Source: an uncultured Porphyromonadaceae bacterium (GTDB taxonomy: Bacteria; Bacteroidota; Bacteroidia; Bacteroidales; Muribaculaceae). From it: a stretch of 64,000 nt of DNA. The stretch covers positions 25,046 through 89,045 of the forward strand of contig CABRGT010000002.1 in the NCBI GenBank assembly GCA_902470475.1, written 5' to 3'. The number at the start of each line of letters is the position of its first letter. Positions within the stretch are counted from its first letter, which is position 1. The notes under the pieces were generated by a model. The model was not told the origin of the DNA. It searched no databases and saw only the letters and a program-made list of their open reading frames with translations. Of this stretch, positions 39,125 to 51,937 are shown in pieces. The position numbers and the translations under genes are program-made.

Positions 39125-40660
39125 TCAGAATGCATCGGCCTCTCCGGGCGCGGCGGAAATGTCGGCGGAGCCTCCGCCGAAAGGATCGTCGCTGCCGGAG
39201 GGTGTAGCGACAGCACCTACGTTCTGCGAGCGGAATTCGCCGAAACCGTTGCCGGCAGGTATCTCGTCCCAGTTTTCGAAGCGCGCGAAACTCGAGCGGA
39301 AACGCATCTTCACGTCGTCGACCTTGCCGGAGCGGTGTTTGGCCACAATAAATTCGGCCAGACCGCGGATATCATTGCCCTGGGCGTCCTGTCCCGAACG
39401 GAGATAATACTCTGGGCGGTGGATGAAGCATACCATATCAGCATCCTGCTCTATCGCTCCCGATTCACGAAGGTCGGACAGCTGCGGACGCTTGCTTTCA
39501 GAACGCGACTCCACCGAACGGTTCAGCTGCGACAAAGCCACGATAGGGATGTTGAGTTCCTTGGCAAGCTGCTTGAGCGAACGCGAGATCATTGATACCT
39601 CCTGCTCGCGTGAGCCGTACTTCATGCCTGAGGCATTCATCAGCTGCAGGTAGTCGATAATGATGAACTTGATCTGCTTCTCACGTACCAGGCGGCGTGC
39701 TTTCGTCCTAAGTTCGAATACCGACAGCGAGGGAGTGTCGTCGATATACAGAGGCGCGCCGTACAGCGCATTGAGGCGCGACAATGTCTGCTGCCATTCG
39801 AGAGGCGAGAGCTGGCCCGACTTGATCTTTGCGCCGTCAAGCTCGCAGACATTCGAAATCAGACGGTTGACAAGCTGCAGATTGCTCATTTCAAGCGAGA
39901 ATACTGCCACGGGAATATTATAGTTCACAGCCATGTTTTTGGCCATCGACAGCACGAAGGCCGTCTTGCCCATCGCCGGTCGGGCAGCGATGATGATGAG
40001 ATCGGAATTCTGCCAGCCCGAAGTCAGCTGATCAAGCTCACGGAAACCGCTCTCTAAGCCCGACAGACCCGAGGCCCGGTTGGCCGAAGCCTCCATCTGC
40101 GCCACCGCCTGCATGATGACCGGGTCGATCTGCGTGACATCCTTCTTGACATTGCGCTGCGACAGCTCGAACAACTTGCCTTCGGTCGCCTGCATCACTT
40201 CCTCTATGTCGTTGCTTTCGTCGAATGCCTCGGTCTGGACCAGCGCGCCGAATGTGATCAGCTCGCGGGCCAGATATTTCTGCATCACGATGCGGGCATG
40301 ATATTCAACGTGGGCTGCCGATCCGATATTCGTGGTCAGTCCGACAATGTATGCACGGCCCCCGGCTTCGTCAAGTGTCTCGTTCTTCTCAAGCTGGTTT
40401 ATGACCGTGATGAAGTCAATGGGCTGCTGCGCGGCGCCCAGAGTCTGCACGGCCTCGTAGATCAGCCGATGCCGTGGATCGTAGAAACTTTCGGGCCGCA
40501 GAATATCGCATACGAGCGAATAGGCATCCTTGGCTATGAGTATCGCGCCAAGCACGGCGGCCTCGGTGGCCACATCGCTCGGCGGCTTGCGGCCTGCGAG
40601 ATCTATCGGATCGGCCTGGCGCGGGCGAGGCCGGTTATTGAACTGTTTGGAATCCTGCAT
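39125..40660 (-). CDS. dnaB: Replicative DNA helicase DnaB
   Basis: AARPAMGKT, IIIDYLQLM, ALSQLNR, SDLRESGAIEQDAD. Confidence 0.98.
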   Translation of the reverse strand: MQDSKQFNNRPRPRQADPIDLAGRKPPSDVATEAAVLGAILIAKDAYSLVCDILRPESFYDPRHRLIYEAVQTLGAAQQPIDFITVINQLEKNETLDEAGGRAYIVGLTTNIGSAAHVEYHARIVMQKYLARELITFGALVQTEAFDESNDIEEVMQATEGKLFELSQRNVKKDVTQIDPVIMQAVAQMEASANRASGLSGLESGFRELDQLTSGWQNSDLIIIAARPAMGKTAFVLSMAKNMAVNYNIPVAVFSLEMSNLQLVNRLISNVCELDGAKIKSGQLSPLEWQQTLSRLNALYGAPLYIDDTPSLSVFELRTKARRLVREKQIKFIIIDYLQLMNASGMKYGSREQEVSMISRSLKQLAKELNIPIVALSQLNRSVESRSESKRPQLSDLRESGAIEQDADMVCFIHRPEYYLRSGQDAQGNDIRGLAEFIVAKHRSGKVDDVKMRFRSSFARFENWDEIPAGNGFGEFRSQNVGAVATPSGSDDPFGGGSADISAAPGEADAF

Positions 40661-40661
40661 A

Positions 40662-41354
40662 TCAGATGAGACGGAAATAATAGCCGACGGTTACTTCTAT
40701 GGAAGTGCAGCGGGATGCACTGAAAGTATCGGCTTTCGATGACTTGAATATATTGCCGAGACCGAAATAATACCGCGCCTCAAGCGTGACCGACTGCCGG
40801 GGAGTAAGATAGAATTCACCACCGATACCCGCCGTGATACCATAGTCGAAACGGTTGGCGACATCCATTGTCAACTGCTCGGTCATGCGCTGACGTTCAG
40901 GCCAGTCCGTGACTGACCCGAGATCATTGTAATCGAAATTGGCTTTGGTCGACGACATCAGCTGGTAGCCGAATTCCGGACCGAGATTGATAAAGCACTT
41001 CGCACGTCGGCCGCCGAAGATGATCTGGGTCATTATCGGAAGGGTGATGTATGTGAGTGACCGGCTGTAGGCAAGAGGCGACTCCTGAAAATCTTCTTTC
41101 CATCCGCGTGTGCTCCAGCCCAGCTCGGCCACGAGCCCGAACAGCTTTTCTTCGGAATAGCGGCAAGTCACGGCACCGGTCGTCCCCATTATCCATTTCT
41201 GGGGCACCGATGGAGAGAAATCGACCCGGCCGAGTGACACACCGGCCTTACCTCCGATCCACAGATGCGACTTGTAGTGAGTCTGCGCTCCTGTCGGCAT
41301 CGCCGCCACAAGGACAAGAGTCAGAAGACTAAAGAACCTGCACAGACACTTCAT
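40662..41354 (-). CDS. Outer-membrane beta-barrel, PorT/porin family
   Basis: Signal peptide; YITLPIM, FINLGP, FDYGITAGIGGE, LEARYYFGLGNIF; aromatic C-terminal strand. Confidence 0.8.
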   Translation of the reverse strand: MKCLCRFFSLLTLVLVAAMPTGAQTHYKSHLWIGGKAGVSLGRVDFSPSVPQKWIMGTTGAVTCRYSEEKLFGLVAELGWSTRGWKEDFQESPLAYSRSLTYITLPIMTQIIFGGRRAKCFINLGPEFGYQLMSSTKANFDYNDLGSVTDWPERQRMTEQLTMDVANRFDYGITAGIGGEFYLTPRQSVTLEARYYFGLGNIFKSSKADTFSASRCTSIEVTVGYYFRLI

Positions 41355-43143
41355 CGCCGGGAAGGAAAGTAATGATGTAGACTGCCGAATTGGCGGTTCC
41401 GTCGATCAGATGGTCACTTTCGGCATCGGTGAACATAAATGTGGACTGCAGCCCGCGGTACGGTTCGCTCCACTCTGCATCGAACATGCCTTTGTTGGCG
41501 CTGATGTTGGCCAGCACATAGCAGCCTGTATCATAGCCCAGCATGGCTTGCGAGGGAACCTGTTCGATCATCGGGGCGCCGTACGTGTCAGTGAACTTTT
41601 CGGCAAATATCCTGACTTTAGGATCATTTGCATCAGCATAGAACCGCGAGTATATCACCGCTCCGAGCTTATGCAGATTCTCCAGCGCGTCATTTCGGAA
41701 GATCGTCCAGTCGGGGTAGCCGAATACTGCGATCTGCGAGGGATCCGCCGAGTTTTCTTTCAGAGTGATCAGCGGACGCGCGAATTTATTGAACTCGGTA
41801 AGCGAACCCGAAGCCGGGATGAACACATACCTGCTCTCAGGCGACAGCCCTTCGAGATCCTGATCCGAAAGCATACCCTCGAACACCATGTCGACAGGCT
41901 CAACACCTATCTCGGCAAACTGCGACCGCAGATAGTCCGTGAACGGCAATTTCTCACTCTTACCGCCTTTCGAGATCAGGAATACAGGCGTATAGCCGTC
42001 GAAAGTCGACATCAGCGATTCCGCCGCATCGGCATACATTATGTTGTGAGGCACATTATACTGCATCACACGGCTGTCGGTCATATACGACGTGTCCTGC
42101 ACGGCCATCAGATTGAGCAGGTAGGTATCAAGGCCGCTGTCCGCAGCACGGACTATGGCACTGAATGTGGCCGCATCGTCCGGCGACACGATCAGATCAA
42201 AACTTTCGCATTCCGGACGCGACAGCAGAGTTGGAACAGTGTCGGGACGCCCGGCGGTATCATATATATACAGATCCATCGGCCATGCCGATTCGCGCCG
42301 TTCGTCCAAAGCGAGCATGAAGCCTTTGACAAACTCGGTCGCCGAGCGGGCCGGCTTGGCATGCTGGTCGCCGTCAAGCATCAGAGGCAACATCAAGGCG
42401 ACAGTCGCGCGCACAGTATCGGCCGACTCGTCGGAATCGACTGCGACCGACGGCCCCGGCACAGGCCGAAGCGCCCTCACGTCAGGATCTGTCACTGCCG
42501 GCCCGGCTTCTTCAAGCTCGCTGTCCTCAGCGGGTGTCTCCGCGGATACGGTCTGCACGTCGCCGGCATGCGTCACATATGCAACCGGGGCCGGCTCCTG
42601 CCGGTGAGTTTCCTGAATGTCACTTTTCTCTTCCGCATCATCAGATGCCGATGCCGACAGCCGGCTGTCGAGCCGCGCGCCGGCCGGAATCGTAATGATC
42701 TGCCCGGCCCTTATCCCCTGGTCGGCCTCCGGATTCAGGGCTATGACCGACTCGGTGCTGACACCGAACCGGTGGCAGATTCCGAAAAGCGTCTCTCCGC
42801 GCTCCACTTTGTATGCGAACGGACGGCTCGTGCGGCCCGGGGCATCTGGACGCTCATCTGATATATGCTTCGGCGTCTGCACATCCTTGAATTCATCGAC
42901 GGGCAGATACAGCGTGGTTCCCTGCCTGAGTACATCGGCAGCAGATGTATTATACTTCACTATATCGTCGCGCGACACCCCTATGCGGCGGGCAACATCG
43001 AGAAGTGTGTCCCCGCGCCTTACGGCATAATAATAGTACTGCTTGCCGTTGATACTCTTGACCGGCAGGTCAAGTGCGAGCATCGCCGGACACGACATGG
43101 CGAATAAGGCCGCCGTGAATATGGATCTGAAAGTATGCTTCAT
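41329..43143 (-). CDS. LysM peptidoglycan-binding protein with C-terminal periplasmic-binding-protein-like domain
   Basis: Two LysM domains (YAVRRGDTLLDVARR; YKVERGETLFGICHRF); VALMLPL..EFVKGFMLALD; AMLGYD. Confidence 0.88.
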   Translation of the reverse strand: MKHTFRSIFTAALFAMSCPAMLALDLPVKSINGKQYYYYAVRRGDTLLDVARRIGVSRDDIVKYNTSAADVLRQGTTLYLPVDEFKDVQTPKHISDERPDAPGRTSRPFAYKVERGETLFGICHRFGVSTESVIALNPEADQGIRAGQIITIPAGARLDSRLSASASDDAEEKSDIQETHRQEPAPVAYVTHAGDVQTVSAETPAEDSELEEAGPAVTDPDVRALRPVPGPSVAVDSDESADTVRATVALMLPLMLDGDQHAKPARSATEFVKGFMLALDERRESAWPMDLYIYDTAGRPDTVPTLLSRPECESFDLIVSPDDAATFSAIVRAADSGLDTYLLNLMAVQDTSYMTDSRVMQYNVPHNIMYADAAESLMSTFDGYTPVFLISKGGKSEKLPFTDYLRSQFAEIGVEPVDMVFEGMLSDQDLEGLSPESRYVFIPASGSLTEFNKFARPLITLKENSADPSQIAVFGYPDWTIFRNDALENLHKLGAVIYSRFYADANDPKVRIFAEKFTDTYGAPMIEQVPSQAMLGYDTGCYVLANISANKGMFDAEWSEPYRGLQSTFMFTDAESDHLIDGTANSAVYIITFLPGDEVSVQVL

Positions 43144-43303
43144 GAATATTCATTATTATGGCGCAAAGTTAGTGAAAATTATAATATAACCGGCCTTTTG
43201 CCACATAGAAATTTACTTACACGGAGTCAATATGTTGTAGATAAATTTTCATAAGAACGGGATTTGTTGTAACTTTGCACGCTGAAACAATCCAATAGTG
43301 TAT

Positions 43304-45109
<1,806 letters not shown>

Positions 45110-45130
45110 CCCGCCAGATACCGCACCGAC

Positions 45131-45985
45131 ATGTTCAGTCTCAATATACGCGGACAGCTCCGCACTTACGACCGGCCGGCAGTGATGGGCATCATCAATG
45201 CCACTCCGGACTCGTTCTTTGCCGGTTCACGCGCCGCTACAGCTGCGGAAGCAGCCGCGAAAGCCGCGGCCATGATAGCCGATGGAGCCGATTTCATCGA
45301 TGTCGGCGCATGCTCTACCCGGCCCGGCTCCGCAGCGCCATCCCCCGAGGAAGAGTTCGACCGCCTCGCCGCCGTCATGCCGACCGTAAAGGCCGTCTGC
45401 GGCGACCGCGTCGCCGTGTCGGTCGACACCTACAGGGCTGAAGTTGCCCGCCGGGCGGTTACCGAACTGGGAGCAGACATAGTCAACGACATATCCGGCG
45501 GCACGCTCGACGAGGCCATGTTCGACACCATAGCCGAACTGCAGGTCCCCTACATACTTCAACACATGCGCGGCAAGCCTGAGGACATGCAGGAGTATGC
45601 TGAGTACACCGACGTAGCCGCCGAAGTACTCTCGGAAATAGGCGAACGCGTCGGTCAACTCTCGCTGATGGGTGTCAACGACATCATCATTGATCCGGGA
45701 TTCGGTTTCGCTAAAAATATGGAACAGAACTACGAGCTGCTGGCCCGCCTCGACCTGCTGAAGCTGCTGCACCGGCCGATACTCGTAGGTCTTTCCCGTA
45801 AATCCATGGCCACGGGGCTGCTCGGAATCAGCGCAGACGAAGCGCTGGAGGCCACCACCGCACTCAACACACTGGCGCTTGACCGCTCGGCCGACATCCT
45901 GCGCGTACACGACGTAAAGGCGGCCGTACAATGCGTAAAAATCCGCCAGGCCGTGGCACGCTACGCCTGCAAAAACAAGTTATAA
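45131..45985 (+). CDS. folP: Dihydropteroate synthase
   Basis: MGIINATPDSF, STRPG, SVDTY, NDISGG, DPGFGF, SRKS, RVHDV. Confidence 0.96.
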   Translation: MFSLNIRGQLRTYDRPAVMGIINATPDSFFAGSRAATAAEAAAKAAAMIADGADFIDVGACSTRPGSAAPSPEEEFDRLAAVMPTVKAVCGDRVAVSVDTYRAEVARRAVTELGADIVNDISGGTLDEAMFDTIAELQVPYILQHMRGKPEDMQEYAEYTDVAAEVLSEIGERVGQLSLMGVNDIIIDPGFGFAKNMEQNYELLARLDLLKLLHRPILVGLSRKSMATGLLGISADEALEATTALNTLALDRSADILRVHDVKAAVQCVKIRQAVARYACKNKL

Positions 45986-46009
45986 CCCATCTGACAGACC
46001 GATCCGACC

Positions 46010-46816
46010 ATGCCGACCCTGGGAATCAAAGACATACTCGACATAGTACTTGTAGCTCTGCTGCTCTACTATATCTACCGGCTGATGAAAGAGTCCGGCA
46101 CGCTCAACATATTCTACGGCGTGATGGCTTTCATCGTCGTATGGGCTTTGGCCTCCGAAATTTTCGCCATGCGCCTGATCGGCACTATTCTCGACAAGTT
46201 CATGAGCATCGGACTGCTGATTCTCGTGATCCTGTTCCAGGACCAGATCAAGCGGTTTCTCGTCGAACTGGGTTCCCACAGGCGTTGGCGCTTCCTTGCC
46301 AAGCTTTTCCATCACCATCGCGACGATGAAGACAACAAACAGACGGCCTGGGTCATGCCGGTCGTTTATGCCTGCATGAACATGTCCAAGTCCAAGACCG
46401 GCGCGCTCATCGTCATCGAACAGACAATGCCCCTCGACAACTACGCCAAGACCGGCGACATGATCGACGCCAACGTCAACACGCGCCTGATCGAGAACAT
46501 TTTCTTCAAAAACTCTCCGCTCCACGACGGAGCCTTGATAATAGCCAAGGGACGGCTCGAGGCCGCCGGCTGCATCCTGCCCGTGAGCCACGACAGCGAT
46601 GTGCCCCGCTACATGGGTCTGCGCCACCGCTCGGCCCTCGGTATCGCACAGGCCACCGACGCCATAGCCGTGATCGTGTCCGAAGAGACCGGCAACATAT
46701 CTATCGCCCACCGCGGCAAGCTCGCTCCACGACTGTCGTCGACCGAGCTCGAGCACCGTCTGAGCGCCATCGCGATGGCTCCGAAACTATCGGCTCCGTT
46801 CCTATCAAAACAATGA
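46010..46816 (+). CDS. cdaA: Diadenylate cyclase CdaA/DacA
   Basis: 3 TM; catalytic PLHDGA and GLRHRSA motifs; VSEETG. Confidence 0.94.
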   Translation: MPTLGIKDILDIVLVALLLYYIYRLMKESGTLNIFYGVMAFIVVWALASEIFAMRLIGTILDKFMSIGLLILVILFQDQIKRFLVELGSHRRWRFLAKLFHHHRDDEDNKQTAWVMPVVYACMNMSKSKTGALIVIEQTMPLDNYAKTGDMIDANVNTRLIENIFFKNSPLHDGALIIAKGRLEAAGCILPVSHDSDVPRYMGLRHRSALGIAQATDAIAVIVSEETGNISIAHRGKLAPRLSSTELEHRLSAIAMAPKLSAPFLSKQ

Positions 46817-46840
46817 TCTAAAAAATCAGACTGTACCACA

Positions 46841-48631
46841 ATGAAGAATATACGTAACTTCTGCATCATAGCCCACATCGACCACGGCAAGTCGACTCTC
46901 GCCGACCGTCTGCTCGAACACACAGGCACCGTAGCCGCCAAGGATATGGAAGCCCAGGTGCTCGACGATATGGACCTCGAGCGCGAACGCGGCATCACCA
47001 TAAAAAGCCACGCCATACAGATGGAATACGAGCTCGACGGCGAGAAATACGTTCTCAACCTGATCGACACTCCCGGACACGTCGACTTCTCCTACGAAGT
47101 GTCCCGCTCGATAGCCGCATGCGAAGGCGCGCTCCTTGTGGTGGATGCATCCCAGGGCATCCAGGCCCAGACGATCTCTAATCTCTACATGGCCATCGAC
47201 AACAATCTCGAGATTATACCTGTGCTCAATAAATGCGACCTTGACTCCGCCAATCCCGAGGAAGTCTCGGACCAGATTGTCGAGCTGCTCGGCTGCGACC
47301 ACGACGACATCATCCGCGCCAGCGGAAAGACCGGAATGGGCGTTCCCGAGATTCTCAAGGCCATAATCGAGCGTGTGCCCGCGCCGACCGGCGATCCCGA
47401 AGCGCCGCTCCAGGCCCTGATCTTCGACTCCGTGTTCAATCCGTTCCGCGGCATCATCGCTTACTTCAAAATCGAAAACGGCACAATCCGCACCGACGAC
47501 TTCGTCAAGTTCGTTGCCACGGGCAAGGAATACCATGCCGACGAGATCGGCGTGCTCAAGCTCGACCTCTCGCCGCGCAAGGAACTGTCGGCCGGCAATG
47601 TCGGCTACATAATCTCCGGTATAAAAAGCTCGCGCGAAGTAAAGGTCGGCGACACCATCACCCACGTCGGACGCCCGTGCGAGAAAGCCATCGTAGGCTT
47701 CCAGGAAGTGAAGCCGATGGTCTTCGCGGGTGTCTACCCCATAGAGACCGAAGATTTCGAAAACCTGCGTGCATCGCTTGAAAAGCTACAGCTCAACGAC
47801 GCATCTCTGACGTTCATGCCCGAATCGTCGGCCGCCCTCGGGTTCGGATTCCGTTGCGGTTTTCTCGGTCTGCTCCATATGGAGATCATTCAGGAGCGTC
47901 TGGGCCGCGAATTCGACATGGACGTGATCACCACGGTACCCAACGTATCATACAAGGTCTATGACAAGAAAGGCAACATGACCGAGGTACACAACCCCTC
48001 CGGCCTGCCCGACGTCACCCTGATCGACAAAATCGAAGAACCCTATATCCGCGCTTCCGTGATCACCACTCCGGAATATATCGGCCCGATCATGACCCTG
48101 TGTCTGAGCAAGCGCGGCGAACTGGTCCGTCAGGACTACATATCCGGCGGCCACCGGATGGAGCTCACGTTCGACATGCCTTTGGGCGAGATCGTCATCG
48201 ACTTTTACGACAAGCTCAAGAGTATCTCAAAGGGATACGCCTCCTTCGACTATCATCTGCATGGATTCCGCGAGTCGAAACTGGTGAAGCTCGACATTCT
48301 GCTCAACGGCGAGAGCGTCGACGCGCTGTCTACGCTGACCCATGCCGACAATGCGCTCACATTCGGACGCCGCATGTGCGAGAAGCTCAAGGAACTCATT
48401 CCCCGCCAGCAGTTCGACATTGCCGTCCAGGCCGCTATAGGAGCTAAAATCATTGCCCGCGAGACTATCAAGGCCGTCCGCAAGGATGTGACCGCAAAGT
48501 GCTATGGCGGCGACATCTCGCGTAAGCGCAAGCTGCTCGAAAAGCAGAAGAAAGGCAAGAAGCGCATGAAACAGATCGGCTCGGTGGAAGTGCCCCAGAA
48601 GGCATTCCTTGCCGTACTCAAGCTTGACTGA
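46841..48631 (+). CDS. lepA: Elongation factor 4 (LepA)
   Basis: [45 protein letters not shown]. Confidence 0.98.
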   Translation: MKNIRNFCIIAHIDHGKSTLADRLLEHTGTVAAKDMEAQVLDDMDLERERGITIKSHAIQMEYELDGEKYVLNLIDTPGHVDFSYEVSRSIAACEGALLVVDASQGIQAQTISNLYMAIDNNLEIIPVLNKCDLDSANPEEVSDQIVELLGCDHDDIIRASGKTGMGVPEILKAIIERVPAPTGDPEAPLQALIFDSVFNPFRGIIAYFKIENGTIRTDDFVKFVATGKEYHADEIGVLKLDLSPRKELSAGNVGYIISGIKSSREVKVGDTITHVGRPCEKAIVGFQEVKPMVFAGVYPIETEDFENLRASLEKLQLNDASLTFMPESSAALGFGFRCGFLGLLHMEIIQERLGREFDMDVITTVPNVSYKVYDKKGNMTEVHNPSGLPDVTLIDKIEEPYIRASVITTPEYIGPIMTLCLSKRGELVRQDYISGGHRMELTFDMPLGEIVIDFYDKLKSISKGYASFDYHLHGFRESKLVKLDILLNGESVDALSTLTHADNALTFGRRMCEKLKELIPRQQFDIAVQAAIGAKIIARETIKAVRKDVTAKCYGGDISRKRKLLEKQKKGKKRMKQIGSVEVPQKAFLAVLKLD

Positions 48632-48639
48632 CCCCATCA

Positions 48640-48671
48640 GCCGCAGCCGGCACAGACTGCGGCCGTTTTTT
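48640..48671 (+). terminator. Terminator after lepA
   Basis: GCCGCAG...CTGCGGC followed by T6. Confidence 0.7.
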
Positions 48672-48800
48672 GAACTCATAAATCATTTTAGTTGTTAATC
48701 TTAGTGATCAGAAGTTTACACTGACTTCTGACGATAATCTTCGCTTACTTTACATAACTCAACAACATTATGCGGCTTTGGCCGCAGAGGACCAACAACT

Positions 48801-50231
48801 ATGGAATCATCACACGACAAGGGAATCCAACCATCCGCATCACAGTTGCCCGACGGCGGATTTCCCAACATCTATTATGCGGCGAAGCAGATGCTGCGGC
48901 GCTATGCGTCGGGCGGCAACATTCTGATAGCAGCCACGGTGCTCGCACTTATTGTAGCCAACATTCCGGCCATCAACGGCTATTACTTCGAATTCTGGGA
49001 ACAGGAAGTCCGGCTCCAGATCGGTGACTTCAACATTTTCAGCCATTCCGGCGAGCCGATGAATCTTTTAGGATTCATCAACGACGCACTCATGGCAATC
49101 TTCTTCTTCAGCATAGGCCTCGAGATCAAACGCGAGATACTCGTCGGCGAGCTGTCATCATTCCGCCAGGCACTCCTCCCGATCATGGGTGCCATCGGCG
49201 GCATGATCGCCCCCGTGCTGATCTTCTGGCTGATGAGCCGCGGCACTGACTACAGCGGCGGCGCGGCCATACCGATGGCCACCGACATCGCGTTCTCGCT
49301 TGGCGTGCTGGCCATGCTGGGCAAGCGCGTCCCACTGTCGCTCAAAATATTCCTTACGACCCTGGCCGTCGTCGACGATATCGGCGGTATCATTGTGATA
49401 GCCGTCTTCTATTCGACGCATATCGAACTGAGCCTGCTGCTCATTGCGCTGATAATTCTCGGAGTGCTGGCCCTCGGCGGCGTGATGATGATTCAGAGCA
49501 AGATGTTCTACTTCATACTCGGAGGCGTGGTATGGTTCCTGTTCCTCAACTCGGGTATCCATCCCACCATCGCCGGTGTGCTCGTAGCATTCTGCGTGCC
49601 GGCCAAGCCTGTGTTCGAGCCCCGCAAGTACATTAAAAAGATCCGTAAGGCAATGAGCAACTTCAAGGCCGAAGCCGAAGAGGACGACACTCTCGCCGAA
49701 CGCACCATCCTGTCGAAAGAACAGCTCAACTGGCTCAAGGAGGTCGAATCGGCATCGGACAAGGTGATTTCACCTCTTCAGGACCTCGAGGACACGCTGC
49801 ACCCGGTCGTCAACTATTTCATCATCCCGCTGTTCGCCTTCGCCAACGCCGGTATCTTCCTGCTCAATCTCGACCCGGCATCAGCGGTCGAAGGCATTTC
49901 GCTGGCAATCATTCTCGGCCTTGTCATCGGCAAATTCACCGGTATCTTCCTCTTCTCCTGGCTCACCATCATGCTCCGCCTCGCGCCCAGACCGGCACAC
50001 TCCAACTGGTCCATGCTTGCGTCTATATCAATGCTCGGAGGCATCGGATTCACAGTCTCGCTGTTCATCGCCACACTGTCGTTTGCATCCGGCAGCCCGC
50101 ATCACATCGACCTGCTCAACCATGCCAAGCTGGGCATCGTCATCGGCTCGCTCGTTTCCGGCATAATCGGCTTCATATGGCTGCATTTCACCCTGCCGAA
50201 GACCGCATCGCCCGATGCTGTCGAAGACTGA
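48801..50231 (+). CDS. nhaA: Na+/H+ antiporter NhaA
   Basis: INDALMAIFFFSIGLEIKRE, PMATDIAF, LAVVDD, PLFAFANAG, GIGFTVSLFI. Confidence 0.96.
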   Translation: MESSHDKGIQPSASQLPDGGFPNIYYAAKQMLRRYASGGNILIAATVLALIVANIPAINGYYFEFWEQEVRLQIGDFNIFSHSGEPMNLLGFINDALMAIFFFSIGLEIKREILVGELSSFRQALLPIMGAIGGMIAPVLIFWLMSRGTDYSGGAAIPMATDIAFSLGVLAMLGKRVPLSLKIFLTTLAVVDDIGGIIVIAVFYSTHIELSLLLIALIILGVLALGGVMMIQSKMFYFILGGVVWFLFLNSGIHPTIAGVLVAFCVPAKPVFEPRKYIKKIRKAMSNFKAEAEEDDTLAERTILSKEQLNWLKEVESASDKVISPLQDLEDTLHPVVNYFIIPLFAFANAGIFLLNLDPASAVEGISLAIILGLVIGKFTGIFLFSWLTIMLRLAPRPAHSNWSMLASISMLGGIGFTVSLFIATLSFASGSPHHIDLLNHAKLGIVIGSLVSGIIGFIWLHFTLPKTASPDAVED

Positions 50232-50254
50232 GATCCGACACGACATCATAATAC

Positions 50255-50306
50255 AAAAAAAATTCTCCCGGCCCATTCACACACGCGACGGCCGGGAGAA
50301 TTTTTT
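50255..50306. terminator. Bidirectional terminator between nhaA and the MFS gene
   Basis: AAAAAATTCTCCCGGCC...GGCCGGGAGAATTTTTT. Confidence 0.88.
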
Positions 50307-50326
50307 ATCTCGTCGGAAAAGCCGGA

Positions 50327-51742
50327 TCAGGCGTCGACTGCCTCGCTCTCCGCTTCTTCCGCTTCTACGTTCTTTTTCACATTGGGAGCTTCAAGCCCGT
50401 AGCCACGCTTCGAATTCAGATACTTCAGCCATACGCCGAAACAGATAGCCAGCACGCCGAACGAAGCAAAGATGATCATCGGCACACGATAGCCGCCCGT
50501 AGCGTCGAGCGTCTCGCCGATCAGCAGCGGCACAAGGCACAGGCCTATATTCTGAATCCAGAATATAAGACAGTAGGCCGAACCGAGGATATTGGCGTCG
50601 ATAATCTTGGGCACGGAAGGCCACAGCGCGGCCGGAACCAGCGAGAACGAAACTCCAAGTATCAGAATCAGCGTCACAGCCAGCCATACATGCGGCACGG
50701 CCGGCAACAGGAAGGCAAAGCCCAGATGACACATTGTCATGATCACCGCACCTATTATCAGCATCGTGGCGCCACGTCCCTTGTAATCGAGGAAAGCCCC
50801 GAGGAAAGGTGTCAGCACCATCGCCAGGATCGGGAAGACACTGAACAGCCGTGCAGCCGCCTCGGCATCAATGCCGAGAGTCTCCTGGATGTAATTCGGC
50901 GCAAAACGCTGGAACGGGAAGATACCGCTGTAATACAGCACACACAGCATCGCTACCAGCCAGAACATCTGGCTGCGCAGAATCTTGCCGAGATCGGAGA
51001 TGTGGAATTCCTCGTCCTCGCCGTCGGTCGTGTCGGCATTGTCGCCGGCCGCAGCCAGCTCGCGGTCGAGCTTCATATCCATGAAAGTAAATATTATATA
51101 GCAGATCAGACCTATGAGAAGCAATACCGTGCAGAAAGCCACAGGTGCCAGAATCGAATGATCGAACTTGTTGGCGAGAAGCGGCGATGTCCACATCACG
51201 GCGAATACGCCAAGACGCGCGATTGACATCTCGACGCCCATGGCCAGTGCCATCTCCTTACCCTTGAACCATTTGGCTATCGCTTTCGACACCGTAGTAC
51301 CGGCCATTTCGCAGCCGCAGCCGAATATCATGAAGCCGAGCGAAGCCATTTTGGCGCTTCCGGGGAACGATACCCACCAGCTGTCGAGCCAGCCGCACAG
51401 TGCCGTGCCCTGGAACCATTCGCTGATACCCACAAGCTTGATTCCGGCACCTATCACCATCATTGATGCCGACAGTACACCTGTGAAACGGATTCCCATC
51501 TTGTCGAGGATGATTCCGGCGAATATCAGGAAAAAGAAAAACACATTCAGAAAATATTCCGAGGCGGCATACGTGCCGAAAGTGGCACTGTCCCAATGTA
51601 AATTCGTCTCCAGCAGGGACTTCAGCGGCGACATTACATCTACAAACATGTAGGCGAAGAACATCATCGAGGCCACCAGTATCAGAGCCGTCCATCTCGC
51701 CCATGCATGATCGTTCAGCAGCTGTTTCACTTGTTTTGTCAT
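50327..51742 (-). CDS. MFS transporter
   Basis: About 12 TM; GIILDKMGIR, GAFLDYKGR. Start reassigned to ATG 51742 (MTKQVKQLLND). Confidence 0.9.
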   Translation of the reverse strand: MTKQVKQLLNDHAWARWTALILVASMMFFAYMFVDVMSPLKSLLETNLHWDSATFGTYAASEYFLNVFFFFLIFAGIILDKMGIRFTGVLSASMMVIGAGIKLVGISEWFQGTALCGWLDSWWVSFPGSAKMASLGFMIFGCGCEMAGTTVSKAIAKWFKGKEMALAMGVEMSIARLGVFAVMWTSPLLANKFDHSILAPVAFCTVLLLIGLICYIIFTFMDMKLDRELAAAGDNADTTDGEDEEFHISDLGKILRSQMFWLVAMLCVLYYSGIFPFQRFAPNYIQETLGIDAEAAARLFSVFPILAMVLTPFLGAFLDYKGRGATMLIIGAVIMTMCHLGFAFLLPAVPHVWLAVTLILILGVSFSLVPAALWPSVPKIIDANILGSAYCLIFWIQNIGLCLVPLLIGETLDATGGYRVPMIIFASFGVLAICFGVWLKYLNSKRGYGLEAPNVKKNVEAEEAESEAVDA

Positions 51743-51937
51743 AGCAATGGATAATTGTTGATAATGATTAGTTTCCGCAAAGGTAATGATTTTTTGCCAT
51801 ATGACAAGCCGGCCCGGGCGCGAATGGGCAAAATATCCTACAAAAACGGACATTATGAATTTTATTTGCTTGTTAACATATTTATGCTTAAATTTGCAGC
51901 CGAATTATGTAATGACCATTCAATCATATATTGAACA

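Noticed and set aside
39125..40660. Possible intein in DnaB
   Set aside because: Length (511 aa) and contiguous motifs leave no room for one.
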